64,000 nucleotides of DNA from Bugula neritina (Eukaryota; Animalia; Bryozoa). Location: contig OZ037769.1 in assembly GCA_964035545.1 (NCBI GenBank), positions 9,009,929-9,073,928 on the forward strand, written 5' to 3'. The translations under genes and the position numbers were made by a program. Every line of letters begins with the position of its first letter. Positions within the stretch are counted from its first letter, which is position 1. Below, piece by piece: positions 62,303 through 64,000 of this stretch. The notes under the pieces were generated by a model. That model made no database searches. It saw nothing but the letters and a program-made list of their open reading frames with translations, and was not told the origin of the DNA.

Positions 62303-64000
62303 AATCAGCTGTAAAGTATAAAAAACATCCTGAAAATCTAACTGCAGATCAATCTTATGCAAATTATTAAATATCGCTATTCCTACAACTATAGCTACAA
62401 TAGCTAAAAAGAGCTTGAAAAAAAGGACAATAAGTCCTATTGAAACATATTAAACAAAATTATGCTTGATTTCTTAGACTGATGATTATAATATTCATGC
62501 TCACCTTTAGAAATGTTAATAAATATCTGTAAACTTCTTTGCAAGCTAAAAATCTAACTGATACACTTTGCTGCTCTGGAATGGCTAAGTGAATGCATTT
62601 ATTTATCAATCTTTGTGTTATTGTAATTATCGCACAAGTCCAGCTATAGTGACCTGTAAAAACAAGATTTTAGTGTCAATTATCATCAGGTTCGTTAATA
62701 GAAATTAGATTCCATTTTTACAACTTTGATGCAAAATGAGATTTTTAAGTCAAACTTTTTAACCAATGTAAATCCGGGAATATATACTGAGAACGGTTAA
62801 TGCTATTGAGAATGTATGCTGAGTTCTGAAGGGTAATGCAAAAACAAAAAGCTCAAAAATAGAAATAATGGACCGGCAAAAAATCAATGACCAAATTAAA
62901 TATACATATAAGGCCAAGCATATATACAATAAAAGCAATAGGTTTTATTTTATTTACATTTAGGAGCAGCAGTGGAAAAATTGAGATAGACTAAGCTTAT
63001 GCATTTTGTTGTTAAATTTTGGTTTGGGGCCAGGGTTGAAGTTTTAGAGACTAACTTTTTATGCTACATTGTATCCTGGCTAAGTGTGTATATCTGTTTT
63101 ACTCATTATGTGAAAAGTTAATGCACTTATTGTCTTAGTCATCATTTTGAGTGCAATATGTGCTTGATTGTAAAGGGGTCAGCTAGTTGTTATAGTGAGT
63201 GCGGTCAGGGCCGAATACAACATTTTATTCTTTCACATACACGCAATCCACCTTGTTAAACTTACTAGAATGGTCATGAGGATCAAAACCAGTAAAACTT
63301 TTATGTGAAAAGTGACAAAACAAGTGTTGAACATAAAATAAAAACTGGTGATTCATCGCTGTTGAAATATGTGACAACACAAATGCAGCGGTGGATGTAT
63401 GCTTAGTGAGGCAATGTCTGTAAAGTTTTATAATGGCTTTTGCAAATGATAATTGGGCTGAATGAGATATTATTAACAGCGGGTTGAATTGCTCTGGAGT
63501 TACCCTTGTGGCTATGGACAAAGTGGCAGCAAAGTGTCAATAAACAAACTAATGGAACTAAATTTATGAAATTTTATTATTATCAAGAACACTATACACA
63601 CAGGTTTTTATCACAACATTTGTTGACAAATTATGAGTTTGCAAACTAAAATTACTTACAACCCCACAGACCTAATACAGTCTGACATATTTAGTTAAAA
63701 CTTAGCCATAAAGTACTGGGTAACTTATTGAAACCCCCCCCCTGCCCATAGCACAGAATAGCTGATGATATAAGGCCATAAATTGCAAAACAAACGACCT
63801 CATCCATGCTGTGAGTGTGAAAGTTTAAATTTTTTCTCCAATTTTTGCAAAATCCCAATCAAAAATATTTTAATGATAATTCTAATACAGAAGTTAGATA
63901 TAATTTCAACAAGATTCAAAATAGCAAAAAACACAATGTTTTGTTGTTACAACATTAATCATAATGACTGTACTTTATACCAAACTGAACTAAAAGAGTC

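Noticed and set aside
63225-63521. 98-aa minus-strand ORF as an upstream transposase exon or separate gene
   Set aside because: No recognisable motif and no splice path I could confirm.

Overview
AT-rich eukaryotic (invertebrate animal-like) DNA with spliceosomal introns, dominated by mobile elements. From left to right: (1) a roughly 8-kb palindrome carrying three single-exon SERTA-like genes; (2) a decayed Ty3/Gypsy integrase relic; (3) a spliced, secreted NHL-repeat gene that looks partly disabled, with a Harbinger-type MITE just upstream; (4) minisatellites, and a Penelope-type minimal hammerhead ribozyme in TA tracts; (5) an intronless AID/APOBEC-like deaminase ORF; (6) a TA-flanked non-autonomous DNA transposon; (7) a Gypsy element lacking RT, RNase H and the integrase core; (8) two head-to-head copies of an envelope-bearing Ty3/Gypsy element; (9) a HECT-like gene fragment converging on a decayed integrase-core transposase. 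The best candidate for a novel system is the enveloped element. Its Cys-rich, class-III-like glycoprotein lies BETWEEN gag and pol in one reading frame: Gag, internal signal peptide, Env, TM, LYPAL tail, CAA-TGA-CTAG readthrough-type stop, then PR-RT-RH-IN. Its long 3' region hides a spliced antisense gene for small membrane proteins whose differences between the two copies are mostly synonymous. Family calls come from motif recognition by eye; no searches were run.
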